This document shows, piece by piece, positions 52,501 through 64,000 of a stretch of 64,000 nucleotides of DNA. The DNA lies in NCBI GenBank assembly GCA_958009085.1, contig OY253688.1:620001-684000 (forward strand). Reading direction: 5' to 3'. Made by a program: the position numbers and the translations under genes. This DNA comes from Protoeuglena noctilucae (taxonomy: Eukaryota). Position 1 is the stretch's first letter; every line of letters begins with the position of its first letter. The notes beneath the pieces were generated by a model, which was not told the origin of the DNA, did not search any database, and was given only the letters and a program-made list of their open reading frames with translations.

Positions 52501-53012
52501 TCGCTCCCCGCACCGATGACGAGCGAGACACCTTTGCCGCCAGAATGCGCGCGCAAGGGAGGGTCGGGGTGCCGGACAGTGCGCGCGTGCGCGAGGCGGG
52601 GGGCAAGTCCCGGAGCTTCGCGAGGGGTCTGGGGGAGGAGGGGGCGTGGGGGGCGTACGATGAGGGGAGGACTGGGCACAATCCGATGGGAGTGGCTCCG
52701 ATGTGGGCTGGGGAGGATACGATCGGGGATGGCTATGGGGCGGTGGCGATAACCGGGGGCAAGGGCAAGCGGATGTCGCGGTGGCTGGTGAGTGGGGGGG
52801 GTTGGTGGGGTGGGCGATGGGGCAGTGTGCCCCCATCGCAGACGCACGCTGTCGTGCCTGTCAGCACGCCATGGTTATCACAATCACATAGTACTGAGTA
52901 CTATGTGACACAGATATATTATGAGTCTTGTCTTATTCGCCTTATCTGCTTTCTTTCCTCGCAGGACGCCCTGCTCTGCCTCGGGGGCGCCCACCAGGGC
53001 CGGTGCCTCTGA
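49553..53012 (+). CDS. Aurora-like Ser/Thr kinase, tandem copy 3
   Basis: IGAGMMSTV, VALK, VHRDIKPEN, LSDFG, TRLGTLVFMAPE, VDVWALG. Ends DALLCLGGAHQGRCL*. Confidence 0.92.
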
Positions 53013-55108
53013 CACGGTCACTCTGGCATCGCCGGGTGCCAGACGCCGGTGTCGGTGACGGTGCCGGCGCCCCGCGTCGACCCCAGATCGGCCGTCCGCC
53101 CCCTCCGGCCCCCCGCCACCTCCTGTCAGTCTCAGTTCGCTCATGCCACGAGCTAGAGTGGCCTGTCCGCCAATCTCACCATCCGTGCCACGCAGCAGCA
53201 GGGGGGAGGCGCGCCGCTCATCTGTCGCGGCTGCCCCCCGCCCGTCACCCGCGCTGCCAGCATCGGCCCGCGTTTTGTCGTACATCCCGCACCGCTCACT
53301 CCCCCAGCGTGCGGCGTGGTGTTTTATACCTGAGTGGTGTTCACACTCAAACTCGTATGACATGTACATCTAACTTGTATATCACTCACAGTGGGGCAAG
53401 CATGGGCAAGCACGGCGCCCTGGCCTCACCGACTCAGCGCCCCTTACGATAATGGGGCTGACAGACTGGCTCGGCTATCTCTAGGATGACGTAAACTCAT
53501 AGCCCCACTCGCGTAATCCCGGTTTCCATAATCCTAGTTTCTCCCTTTTCCCGCCCCCGACCCCGATTACCGCGCTATTGCACCCGCTGCCACGCGGCTG
53601 CATCACGCACCATCCCCCTCCTCGCCCCGTCCCCATCCCCGCCAGCTCCGCACAGCAAGTGTGGTGCGGCACATTCCCCTCAGAGTGGCTTTGCTCCCCG
53701 GCAGCGGTCCGAGCAGCCCCGCTGTTTCATCGCCCATCCCCGTCTCCCGCCCCCAGTCCCTCCAGTGCTGTGGATGGGCCAGCCCCAGTTAACCAAGGCG
53801 GTATGACCCCCTACGTCACCCCTGGCTGGGTTCTGACATCCCCAACACGCTTGTCCTCCCAATAGCCGTTTTCGCGCTACCTCTGTTTCCGTGCGTTCTG
53901 TTTTCGCGTTACCCCCGCGTTATCACCATTGCATGTGTCCCCTTCGTGTCCTCGACGCGCCCCAATCCCCGCGCTCGCACACGCACACTCACCGCCCCCC
54001 TTCCCCCGCTGTCGTTGATTGTCGGCGACGGGAGGCCCCTCGACACCCGCAGCGGCCGCCGCGCCGCGTCGTTTCTGGCAGCGTTTGGCTTCGGCCGAAT
54101 GCCCCACCTCAGTGGCCCTGCTATGACGGGAAGGGTAAGCGACTACCCTACCCGTGCACGCCACCTCACAGAGACGACGCGGCTGCCGCCGCCTCAGCCC
54201 CAGCGCTGCCCCAAGCGCTGACGAGGGTCCTCTTTCGATCCGATCAATCGCACAGCTTTTCTCTCTTTTACCGCGATCGACGCACGCTTTGCCTTTTTCA
54301 CGCGTGCCGCGCGCGAGGCCGTGGCCAGAGACGCCGGCCCGCGAGCGCCTGCGCGCCCGTACCCCCTCCCCCGGGGCGCAGCACAAAGCACGTACCGCGA
54401 AGCACGTCCTGCGCATGAACTTACCCCAACCCCTCCCTGCCCCTCCCTTTGCGCGGACTGCCCCCTTTCCCCTTCCCTGCCCCATCCCTGCCCCTCCCCT
54501 GCCCTTGCTGCGCGTGTTACATCGCGCACTGTACCACCTCCCCCAGACTCCGCCCTGTGCCGGCTCCTCTGTAACATCCGCCCTCATCTGTGCATATGAC
54601 TGCGGGTGTTTTCTGGCGCCCGCCGTCGCTGTGCCAGCCGGGGTGTTTCGTGAGCCTGCACCGCACGCGCGCCTTCCCATGTGCTGCCTGGCGCAGCGTA
54701 TTTGAATATCCCAATATCCCCAATATCCATTACCTGTTTCAGTGAACCCATGTGGTTACACGCCAAGCCAAGCCAACAGTCAAAGAAACAGCCATGGATG
54801 CACAACCGGGCGCAGCGGCAGGCACGATCACACGCACGGAGTGTACTGAGAGTGCGCGAGCCTTTTGCAGCAGGCTGGGCAGCGCTGAGCGCAACGTGGT
54901 CGAACCAACTCCCCTCCCTACCTGGCACCCCTCCCCACCTGGCATTTTCCTATGGCTGACTGACTGACTGACTGGCAGTTGCTGTCGCCAGCGTGATGGC
55001 CCAGCTTCTGACTTGTGTGGCCGCCAGAGGCAGTCAGGCGTACCTATCAAGGGCAGGGTAGCCCCGCTTGACAGAAGCATGAGATAGAAGCATCCACATA
55101 TATATGCC

Positions 55109-56154
55109 ATGGGCTGCGCGGCGAGCAAGACCGTAGGGGACCTTGTGCGCGACGCAGCGCGCCGGGATGACCTGGAAGAGCTAAAGGAGCTGCTGCAGAG
55201 CCACGAGGGCAAAGACGCGGAGAGCTTGCGCGACGTAATCAACAGCACAGACAGCCGGGTGAGGCATACCCTAAGTGCCCTCGCCTGCGGCCCGATGCAG
55301 CCGCTTATTGCCGTGTGTTGGCGCATGCTGAGCTAAGCATCATCATAAGTGCCATCGCCACCTGGCGCGCATCCCCGCAGGGCCGCACGGCGCTGATGCT
55401 TGCGGCGAAGCGAGGGCACGCGGAAGTTGGCGGGCTCCTTTTGCAGCGCGGCGCCGATCCGAACATCGCAACGTATTCCCTCCGCGCGCCTCTCCACGTC
55501 GCCGCTTACCGCAACGACCCGGCCTTTCTGCACATCCTGATGGCGCATGGGGCACGCCTGGGCCTGGAAAACGGGGGCGGGCAGGCGGCGCTGGACGTCG
55601 CGCTCGATATAAGCAATCACGATTTCGTCAAGGAGTGTTTTTCTTACTGCGCGTTCGCGGGAGAGATGCTGGTCGAGCCCCCGCGCGGCCGTTTCGTCGC
55701 GCGCTATGTGGTTTTGCAGGAACACAAGCGGCCCGGGGCTTTGCAGGGCCCGCGCCGGTGGCTGGAGATGACCGTGATCACGGACGCGAGCTCCACGAGC
55801 ATCGCCGCCCGCGCAAAAATCTACAGCGCCGGCTCCAGCACCATCGTGAGCCAGCCCGGGAGCGACGGCCCCGCGCTGCAAATCACGGTCGGCGAAGAGG
55901 TGACTGATTGTGGCCCGGGCCGATTGCAGCATTCAGCGTTGGGAGATCAGGCTGGCGTTCAAACCCCGCCGGCTGCCGCTGTGCTTCCAATGTGTTTCTG
56001 ATTGCAATCCTGCCAGTACGAGCCTTCGACTGCGGTGTCACCGCAGGACGCCGAGGGCTTCAAGGTCCACCGTTCTGGCTCCGGGGCCCAGGAGCAGCGT
56101 CACATCCTCGTGATGAGTGCCGACCGGGGGGAGGGTGGGGCGATACGCAACTGA
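55109..56154 (+). CDS. N-myristoylated ankyrin-repeat protein, XBAT34/35-like N-terminal architecture, no RING seen
   Basis: MGCAASK acylation motif, GRTALMLAAKRGH, APLHVAA, ALDVA, followed by a CAFAGEM..RYVVL..LEMTV segment. Confidence 0.7.
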
Positions 56155-56520
56155 TGGAGATCCTGCAACGGTGGGAACCTTGATTCCAGCCCTCGGTAAT
56201 GAAGACCCTCAGGATCCTATTCCCAATATCCCCATTCATGGCCTGTCAGGTCCCAGTGATCTCACTAGTGAACTTACTAGCAGTGTGTCTCGTCTGTCCT
56301 CTGTAAACATTCTGTAGTCACAAGCCAAGCCAACGTTCATAGAACTAGCAACGCTTAACACACCGCCATTGCTGTAGTTACTAACACACGCCAGCTGCGT
56401 CGCTCGTTAATCTTTCTCTCCTCGTCGACCCACCCTCGCTTTCAAACAAAAGCCCGATGCTACAAAGTACAAAAGCACAAGTCACCGATTCCAGACAACA
56501 CAGCACATCGCTGCACGTAA

Positions 56521-59500
56521 TCACAGGTCGGCCCCGATCGCCCCCGCGGCCGTCCCCCGGCTGCCCGTCGTCATCCCCGCACTCCCCGCCCCCCTCGCCA
56601 TCGCCCCGTAAGTCACGTTATATGTCTTTGTGACCATATCCGCGTCGCTGCGCAGATTGTAGTTGCCGGGGCCGGGCTGGGCGGTGGTGGCGGTGGGGAA
56701 GCGACGGCCGGGACGCCACGCCATGCCCTGCGTGTGGTTGGTAACAGGGGATTTCAAATATTCAAATATCACGGGGAGGTGCACGCATCGTGGTTGGTGG
56801 TGCCACTAATTGGCGTGATGTCGCTGTCACCCTCGCTGCAGCCCTCACCCGCATGTTAAGACCCCAACGACCCTCACCCCCACAATCAACACACCACCCA
56901 CCCACCCCCCTCACCTTCCCCCTTTCCCTCAATCCCGCCTCATACTCCCCCGGGCCCGGGTGCACATCACTCCCCAGCAGCCGCGTCCCATCCAGCCCCG
57001 CATTGGCCGGCAGTCGCTGCGATGACACCAGAAAGCCATCGTCGCTCCTGCCACGCCCCTGCCGCGAGCGAGCGCGTGAGAATGCGTCGGGGGCGTTGTA
57101 GGCGCCGGGACCGGGCACGGGCTTGCGATACTCCACCTCCTCGCCCGTCACGTCGTCGCGGATGTAGACTGGGGGGGTGGATGGGGGGGGGGTGGTGGTG
57201 GATGGGTGTGGGGTGGGGTAAGGGTGGGTAAGGGGTGGTGGGATGAGGGGTGATGAGAGGGCGGGGTGGCAATAACAGCGAGTCCTTGAAACTACCATGC
57301 ACCCCCCACTTCCAGCCATGCATCGTCACCCACACCACCCATGTCACCCAACCACTACCCACCCCACCCACATGCACCCCCCTACCCCCCTCACCCATGC
57401 ACCGTCACTGTCACGTATCCGCACCCACACCACCCCTGTCATGCTAACACTACCCATGCACCCCCACCCATCCCATCCCCCCCTCACCCGTGCCGTCCCT
57501 TGTCCTGAACCTGTCCACTTGCGTGGAGAAGGAGCTGCTCATCTTGCCCCTCTCCTTATGTCTCTTGACGATCTGCGGCACGTCCGCCTGATACACGGCG
57601 GGGCCGGGGGAGGCGGGGGTGGCGGAGACGGGGCGGTCGTGGGAGGTGAAGCGGGGATTGGAAGTGCCGGAGACGCCTGGGGGATTAAGGTTGGAGGGGT
57701 GGGGATGAAGGGGTGGCACGAGTGAGGGTCTGGTGAACTGAGCAGCTGCTGCGTTCATTACTACCCCCACTGCCACCCTCTGTCACCCTCACCACCACCC
57801 CCACTGCCACCCCCACTGCCACCCCCACTGCCACCCCCACCATCCCACCCCATCACCCCTCACCAGTCTTGGATGCCAGCATTTGCTGCACTGCCCTCTC
57901 CGTCGACGCCACCGCCTCCGCCCTGTAAGCGCCTGGCCCGGGCGACCGGGCCCTTTCCCTTGCAAACCGGGGGGACGTGGATCGAAACCCGGCGGAGACC
58001 TTTTTCGGGCGCAGGCCGCGGGACTCGTAGGCGCCGGGGCCGGGGTTCTGTTGGGGGGGGTGAAGGGTGGGGGGGGAGATGAGGGTGGTGAGGTGAGGTG
58101 AGGTGAGAGATGAGGGGGTTAGGGGAGAGGAGTGGAGAGGATGTGAACTGAGAGGATGTAAGGTGACAGAAGATGCGATGAGATATGCCTGGCGCTCGGC
58201 ACACGCATTGCCCACCGTCCCCACAACCACCATCGATCCCACACATCACCGACCACCGACCCACCCTAACCCAGCCACAACCCCCGCCTCCCCTCACCTT
58301 AGTATAAGTCGGCGCATTCCGCATCGTATACACATCCTTCTGATACGCCAGTCGGTCCGTGGTGCTAAACGCAGGGCGAGGCGCGCGTGGCTGGGTATCG
58401 CCCCCACCACTCTCGCTCCCATACTCCCCCGGCCCAGGCCCGTCCCTCGCGTCAGGAAACCTCTGACTGCCGGAGACGAAGTTGCCGGTACCAACTGCCG
58501 TCTCCCTCGGCCCCCGCCACCCCTGCACTCTCGGGACCGTGTCGCGGAGCGGGGCGGCGCGTGGTTTGGTGGCGTCGGAGTGATAGGCGCCGGGTCCGGG
58601 GTTGCTGGACGTCGCGAAGAGCTGACGATCCTTGCGGGAACGCTGCGGGGGGGGGGAAGGGGGGTGGGGTGATGGTGAGGGGTGAAGGGGTGTGAAGGGG
58701 GGAGTGAAGGGGTGTTGGTGAGGGGCAACGGGGTGTTGCAGAGGAGAAGAGGAATAAAAGGGCTCCTTCACTCTCACAATCCCCTCATCCACCACTCTCC
58801 TCACATTCTCACCACCCACCACTCCCATCCACCACTCTCCTCACACCCCCTCACCCCTCCCCCCCCCCCCCCTCCACCACTCTTCTTCAACCCCTCACCT
58901 TCCCGAACTCCGTCGCCGACTCCCCCCTCCTCATCAGCGCGGGGTTGGGGTCATAATCGGTGGGGCCGGGCCTGTCGATGCCTACCACCGTGCGAATATT
59001 CGAGGGACGCTGCGGGACTAATTTGCCGTCGGGGCCCTCGTCGTAGCCGTACGAACGGAAACGGTCGGGGACTGCGAGGTGAGTATCGGGGGGGGTGAAG
59101 AGGTGAGAAAGGGTGGTGAAGGAGGGTGGATGAGGGGGTGGGGGTGTGCGGGGTGCGGGAGATGGTATGCACACCCACACCCACCTAACCACACCCACAT
59201 AACACACACATTTACGCACTCTCACACCCCCACACCCACCCACCCCTGCCTACCCACACCCCCCCATCCACACTCACCCGAGGGGCAGTTGGGCTGTCTC
59301 TCAAACCTCAGCGGCGACCCCCCCGACGCCGCCGGCGCCGTGCCGGGCGCATGGCCCCTGCTAGACGCGCTCGTGAGCCTGGATGCGCCCTGCTTGCCCC
59401 ACTTGGGCTGAACCTCGTAAGCGCCGGGACCCGGGTCAGCCACGTAAGAGGACCAGTCTTCGTAGAGGCGGTCGGTGTGGGAGCGGAAGGCGGAGCGGGC

Positions 59501-60133
59501 CAGGCCCACCACGTCTGGGGGTGGGGGAATGGGGTGGGTTGGGGTGGTGGGGGTGGTGGGTGGTGAGTGCGGCAGTGACAGGTGGGTGCGTGATGAGGGT
59601 GACTGACAGGTGGGGTAGGGTAGGCGACAGGTGGGTGGGTGCGGGGGTGACTGACAGGTGGGGTGCGGGGGATGACGAGCAGAACGCGGCAGGTGCTGGC
59701 GTGGGTGGTGCGGCGATGCCCACGTGTTGGACAGCCCTAGCAAGCGCACACGAGCAGGCGTGACATCACCCACATCTGCCCCGCCCGCCCCACACCGTCT
59801 CTGGCCCAGTTGATGCGATGCACGGCGTCGTTCGTTCCGTAGTTGCCCGGCCCGGGTCGCGACGATTTCATGACGGGCTGGGAAGCATCGCGGATCTTCG
59901 TTGACCCGAACGGCGCGAGGTGCAGCGAAAAATCCAGACGTTGCGGATCCGCATCGCGGAGGTTATACGCTCCCGGACCGCACTGCGGACGGCGACGGGC
60001 GATCGGGCGTGGCGCGCGGCGGGGCGGGGCGGAAAGCCTCGCATGCAGCTGATTGACGAAGGCTTCTCACTTGTCCGAGGGTCGTCTTGGACTCCCACTC
60101 GATCCTGCGGTCGCTCCTCACCACGAACGCCAT
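56521..60133 (-). CDS. SHIPPO/STPG (PGPGxY) repeat protein, STPG2/ODF3-like ciliary protein
   Basis: MAFVVRSDRR start. More than ten (P)GPGxY repeats (GPGAY, PGPGNY, PGPTDY, PGPGEY) spread over many exons. Confidence 0.88.
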
Positions 60134-61251
60134 CGCGGGGCGCGCGGCGCGGCCGCCGCGACGCTGCGGGGGCGCGCGGAGGGTGTTCCGTCAGCTGCAC
60201 GAGACTCCACGCCGCTCGGGGCGGTCGATGGGATATAACGCGAGCGCAGGAAGCAGTTACAACGACATATGAGTCAGCGGGCGGGACAGGACAGCGCGGA
60301 GCGGCGGCGGCGAGGCGCAGGGCTGGGCATGCCGGTGATGGGGCAAGACTCGCTGCTTTGCGCGAGGCTGAGCCGTTTGACCGGCCCCGCACCTGCCGCT
60401 GAAGAGCGCGGCCCTACTTGCCCTGCCCACGACGCGGCAAGCTGAATGTCTGCGGCACAGGAAAGAGAGGGCGCATGCTCGGCAGTTCTCTCGCTGCGAG
60501 GGAGGGCTCTCTTGGTTCGCAATGTGACGCCTGCGTCAAGGTTCTTATTACCGACAACAATGCGATGACCACACCACCCCTGTGGTCCCCAGGGCGGACG
60601 GTGCAGGACCCTTGCCGCACATGCCACGTGGGAACCCGCGCCAGGCGGGCGGGTTGGGCCCTGCGGGTCACCTGGCGTGAGTGGTGAGGTTGCAAAGGAC
60701 GAAAGTAGGCGCTACCGGCCTAGTCGAAGCCGCGGTGCCTTCAGGACGGGACCGGTTCTCACGATCAAGCCTTCCGTCAGGGCCTGAGCTAGCTCTGCGG
60801 CACGGCCGCAGCATAGAAAGCGCAAGGTTGCCGAGAAAGCTCATTCAATGCGCTCTGCAGACGCGCTGGCGGTAGGGTTTCCGTCCCCAGCGCTGCTTTT
60901 CTCCCAGCTGGCGCCATCCCTCGCCAGCCAGCACATCCCGAGGGCGCAATCGCTTCATCTCGTGTGCGTGTGTGACTCGGCAAGGGACATCTCGGCCGGG
61001 ACGAGACATGCAGAGCCTTCAGGCTGCAGGCGAGTCGTGCGCACGCTGCGCGCACAAGACCGCCGATTGGACATCGCGACATTGCGCTTCATGTTTTATT
61101 TTCCTGCTCTCTGCGGCCGTGGACCCTTTGGAGGCATCCTCGCCCGGCATCGCCCGGGAACTGCGCCACTGCGTCCCGGCGCCCATCCCGGGCCCATCGC
61201 GGCGCGATGTCCCACCCGTCGATGGATATTTGCGAATCACCTTTCCTGCGA

Positions 61252-63333
61252 ATGCCGCGTGGCCAGCAGACCCGGCGCGCGACGCCCCGGGAGTGCCGGC
61301 GAGGCCCCCCGGTCTGGCCCCCGCGAGTCGCGCCTCTGGCCCGTCCGGGCCCCTCGTCACCACGACCATCGCGACCTCGACCTCCCCACGCGTCGCCTCG
61401 CGGGATTCCGCCCCCGCCCCGCGCCCCGCCTCGTCGCGCGAGCCCCGCGTGTTCTCCCCTCCCGCCCGCAGCCCTCGCGGGCGCGCCCCGTGGGGCCCCG
61501 CTCCGGGCCTCCCCGCGCGCGATGTCCTCCCGCTCCGTCCGCGCCTGCGCGGCGCCCGGCAAGCGCATCAACAAGGTCGTGCTGGCCTACTCGGGCGGCC
61601 TCGACACGTCGGTCATCCTGAAGTGGCTCCAGGACAAGTACGAGTGCGAGGTCATCACCTTCACGGCCGACCTGGGCCAGGGCGAGGAGCTGGAGCCGGC
61701 TCGCCAGAAGGCCCTGAAGATGGGCGTGCGCCAGGTGTTTATCGAGGACGTGCAGGAGGAGTTCGTGCGTGACTACGTGTTCCCCATGTTCCGCGCCAAC
61801 ACGCTCTACGAGGGCGTCTACCTCCTCGGCACCTCCATCGCGCGGCCGCTCATCGCCAAGAAGCAAATCGAGATCGCGGAGAAGGTGACATTGGGGGGGG
61901 GGGGGGTGTTATGATGAATGAGAGGGTGTGTCAAGTGGGGCGGTGCGGTGGGGATGGAGTGCGCTAGAATGTCACGGTTCCAAGCTAATATCTCGTGTGA
62001 CTGGCTGCTGAGCTGACTGCGTGGCTACGCGGTACACCCAAGCCCTCGCGCCTGCCCATCGACCCTGCACTCCGTCACCTGTCACCCCCCTCACCCCTCA
62101 CCTATCACCCCCTCACCACCCCATCACCCCCTCACCACCCCCCGTCACCTTAACACCCCATCACCCCCCTCCCCCCCTCCCCAGCTGGGCGCCGCCGCCG
62201 TCTGCCACGGCGCGACCGGCAAGGGCAACGACCAGGTCCGATTCGAACTGGGATACTACGCCCTGAAGCCCGACATCAAGGTCATTGCCCCCTGGCGCGA
62301 GTGGGACCTCAACTCCCGCACCAAGCTGCTGGCTTACGCCGAGGCGAACGGCATCCCGGTGCCGGCGTCCAAGCGGTCTGAGGCGAGAGTGGGGGTGGTG
62401 GAGTGGTGGAGTTCGGGTTAGTTATTGCGAACATTGGGAGCGGTCACAGAACGATCCGGGTTGGCATCCCTCACTCTAGCACCCATCCCTCCCTCACCTG
62501 CCCTCTCTCACCTGTCACCCACCCCACCTCAAACGCTCTCACCCACCCACCTCCTCACCCACCCCTCACTCTCACCCACCCCCCCCCCCCCCCCCTCCCC
62601 CAAACTCCCCCCAGCCCCCCTACTCCATGGACGCCAATCTCCTGCACATCAGCTACGAGGGCAATGCCCTCGAGGACCCATGGGTGGAGCCGCCCGAGGA
62701 CATGTACCTGCGCACGGTGGCGCCAGAGGTGAGAGACATGGGGGAATGGCTTGTCCAGATATGGTTTTTGCGTATGTATTCTGAATATTTGTATTTTAGT
62801 AATATTTTCTGTGTAAGTTTACACATGCTTCATAAATGGTTTTTTTTTGTTTTTAATCATGTTTTAGTTTGTATCTATACTAAATACTGGTAATTATCAA
62901 AAGTTATTGTTTCTGTACCCCCGCAGAAGGCCCCCGACCAGCCCACGTATTTGGAGATTGAGTTCGAAAAGGGCGACGCCGTGGCCATCAACGGGGAGCG
63001 CATGTCGCCCGCAACGCTGCTGAGGACGCTGAACGAGGTGAGGGGAGGGGTGGGGTTTGTGTAGAGAGATATATCCCATACCGTCACATGCTCGACACTG
63101 CTGAAGGGGTGTCGGTTAGCGATGCGGTGCTGCGGTAATACTGTCCATTACCCCATCTCATTCCATTCCACCAACCCATCTGACATCTCATATTATCACA
63201 TTCCCCAATTGTCACAGGTCGCCGGCGCCAACGGCATCGGCCGCCGCGACATTGTGGAGTCGCGCTTTGTGGGGATGAAGTCGCGGGGGGTGTACGAGAC
63301 GCCGGGGGGGACGGTGCTGCTCGAGGCACACAG
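61252..63333 (+). CDS. argG: Argininosuccinate synthase (start uncertain; 3' end interrupted by assembly gap)
   Basis: [75 protein letters not shown]. Confidence 0.97.
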
Positions 63334-63520
63334 GCGAGTGCGATATTGTGTTATTGATAGTGTTACTGTTACTGTTATGGTTATTATCAGTGATGGCTGT
63401 GGTGTTGTGTGTATGAGACGCCGGGGGGACCGTGCTGCTCGAGGCGCACAGGTGAAGAGGACGTTGTTCTTGTTCACAATATAGTGATAGATGTTTGACT
63501 GCATGTGCGTCTTCATCCAG

Positions 63521-63720
63521 NNNNNNNNNNNNNNNNNNNNNNNNNNNNNNNNNNNNNNNNNNNNNNNNNNNNNNNNNNNNNNNNNNNNNNNNNNNNNNNN
63601 NNNNNNNNNNNNNNNNNNNNNNNNNNNNNNNNNNNNNNNNNNNNNNNNNNNNNNNNNNNNNNNNNNNNNNNNNNNNNNNNNNNNNNNNNNNNNNNNNNNN
63701 NNNNNNNNNNNNNNNNNNNN
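63521..63720. other. Assembly gap (200 N)
   Basis: Run of n. Confidence 1.
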
Positions 63721-64000
63721 TGGCTGTTGCTGTTGTGGGTTGTTGTTGTTGTTGCTGCTGTCAAAATGGTGTTGGCATTGTTGGTTTGGATTGCGCTGTT
63801 CTTCGAAAGGCGGGACTGCGGGGGGGATTGAGAGGGGGTGGTAGAGGGGGTAGTGATGTGTGGAAGTGGCAATGAGTGTTTCCAATCCCACATATTCCAA
63901 TTTAACAATCACCATGACTCACCAGCAGCTCCCCCAGCGAGCACCCCTCCTGGAACAGGTGTAACGTCGAAGGCGCATTGGCCCCCACACCCACACCCAC

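Noticed and set aside
53472..53868. Possible MITE bounded by cggctat/atagccg
   Set aside because: Only a 7-bp inverted match and no TSD, which is compatible with chance.
244..63915. Many long overlapping Arg/Pro/Ala/Gly-rich ORFs in the track
   Set aside because: These are expected shadow ORFs of high-GC DNA with no recognisable motifs.

Overview
GC-rich, intron-dense eukaryotic nuclear DNA, most consistent with a green alga (short GT/GC-AG introns, TGTAA-type poly(A) signals, Viridiplantae-type genes, a ciliary SHIPPO-repeat gene). The standout element is an apparently complete ~9.66 kb DNA transposon (1344-11004). It has CATCGGGAAAACC terminal inverted repeats, a TTT target-site duplication, GGGATC-rich subterminal arrays, a spliced Plavaka/CACTA-like transposase and a divergently oriented second gene of unknown function. 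The host genes are a partial HhH-motif gene (possibly deoxynucleoside kinase), a zf-CW protein, PP2C, a Dus-family enzyme, a CIR1-like factor, a possible FLIP/C1orf112 homologue, a TPR-PB1 (PHOX/CLMP1-like) protein, an atypical Ubc6-type E2 and a hypothetical gene. These are followed by a frameshifted F-box+ankyrin gene, two paralogous small secreted proteins, three tandem Aurora-like kinases, an XBAT35-like ankyrin protein, a SHIPPO-repeat protein and argininosuccinate synthase (cut by an N gap). Window-wide oddities are recurrent intronic 'echo' copies of exon boundaries, frequent GC-AG donors, and strand-symmetric G-rich/C-rich introns. All family calls are from motif recognition by eye, no searches were run, and exon boundaries are manual predictions.
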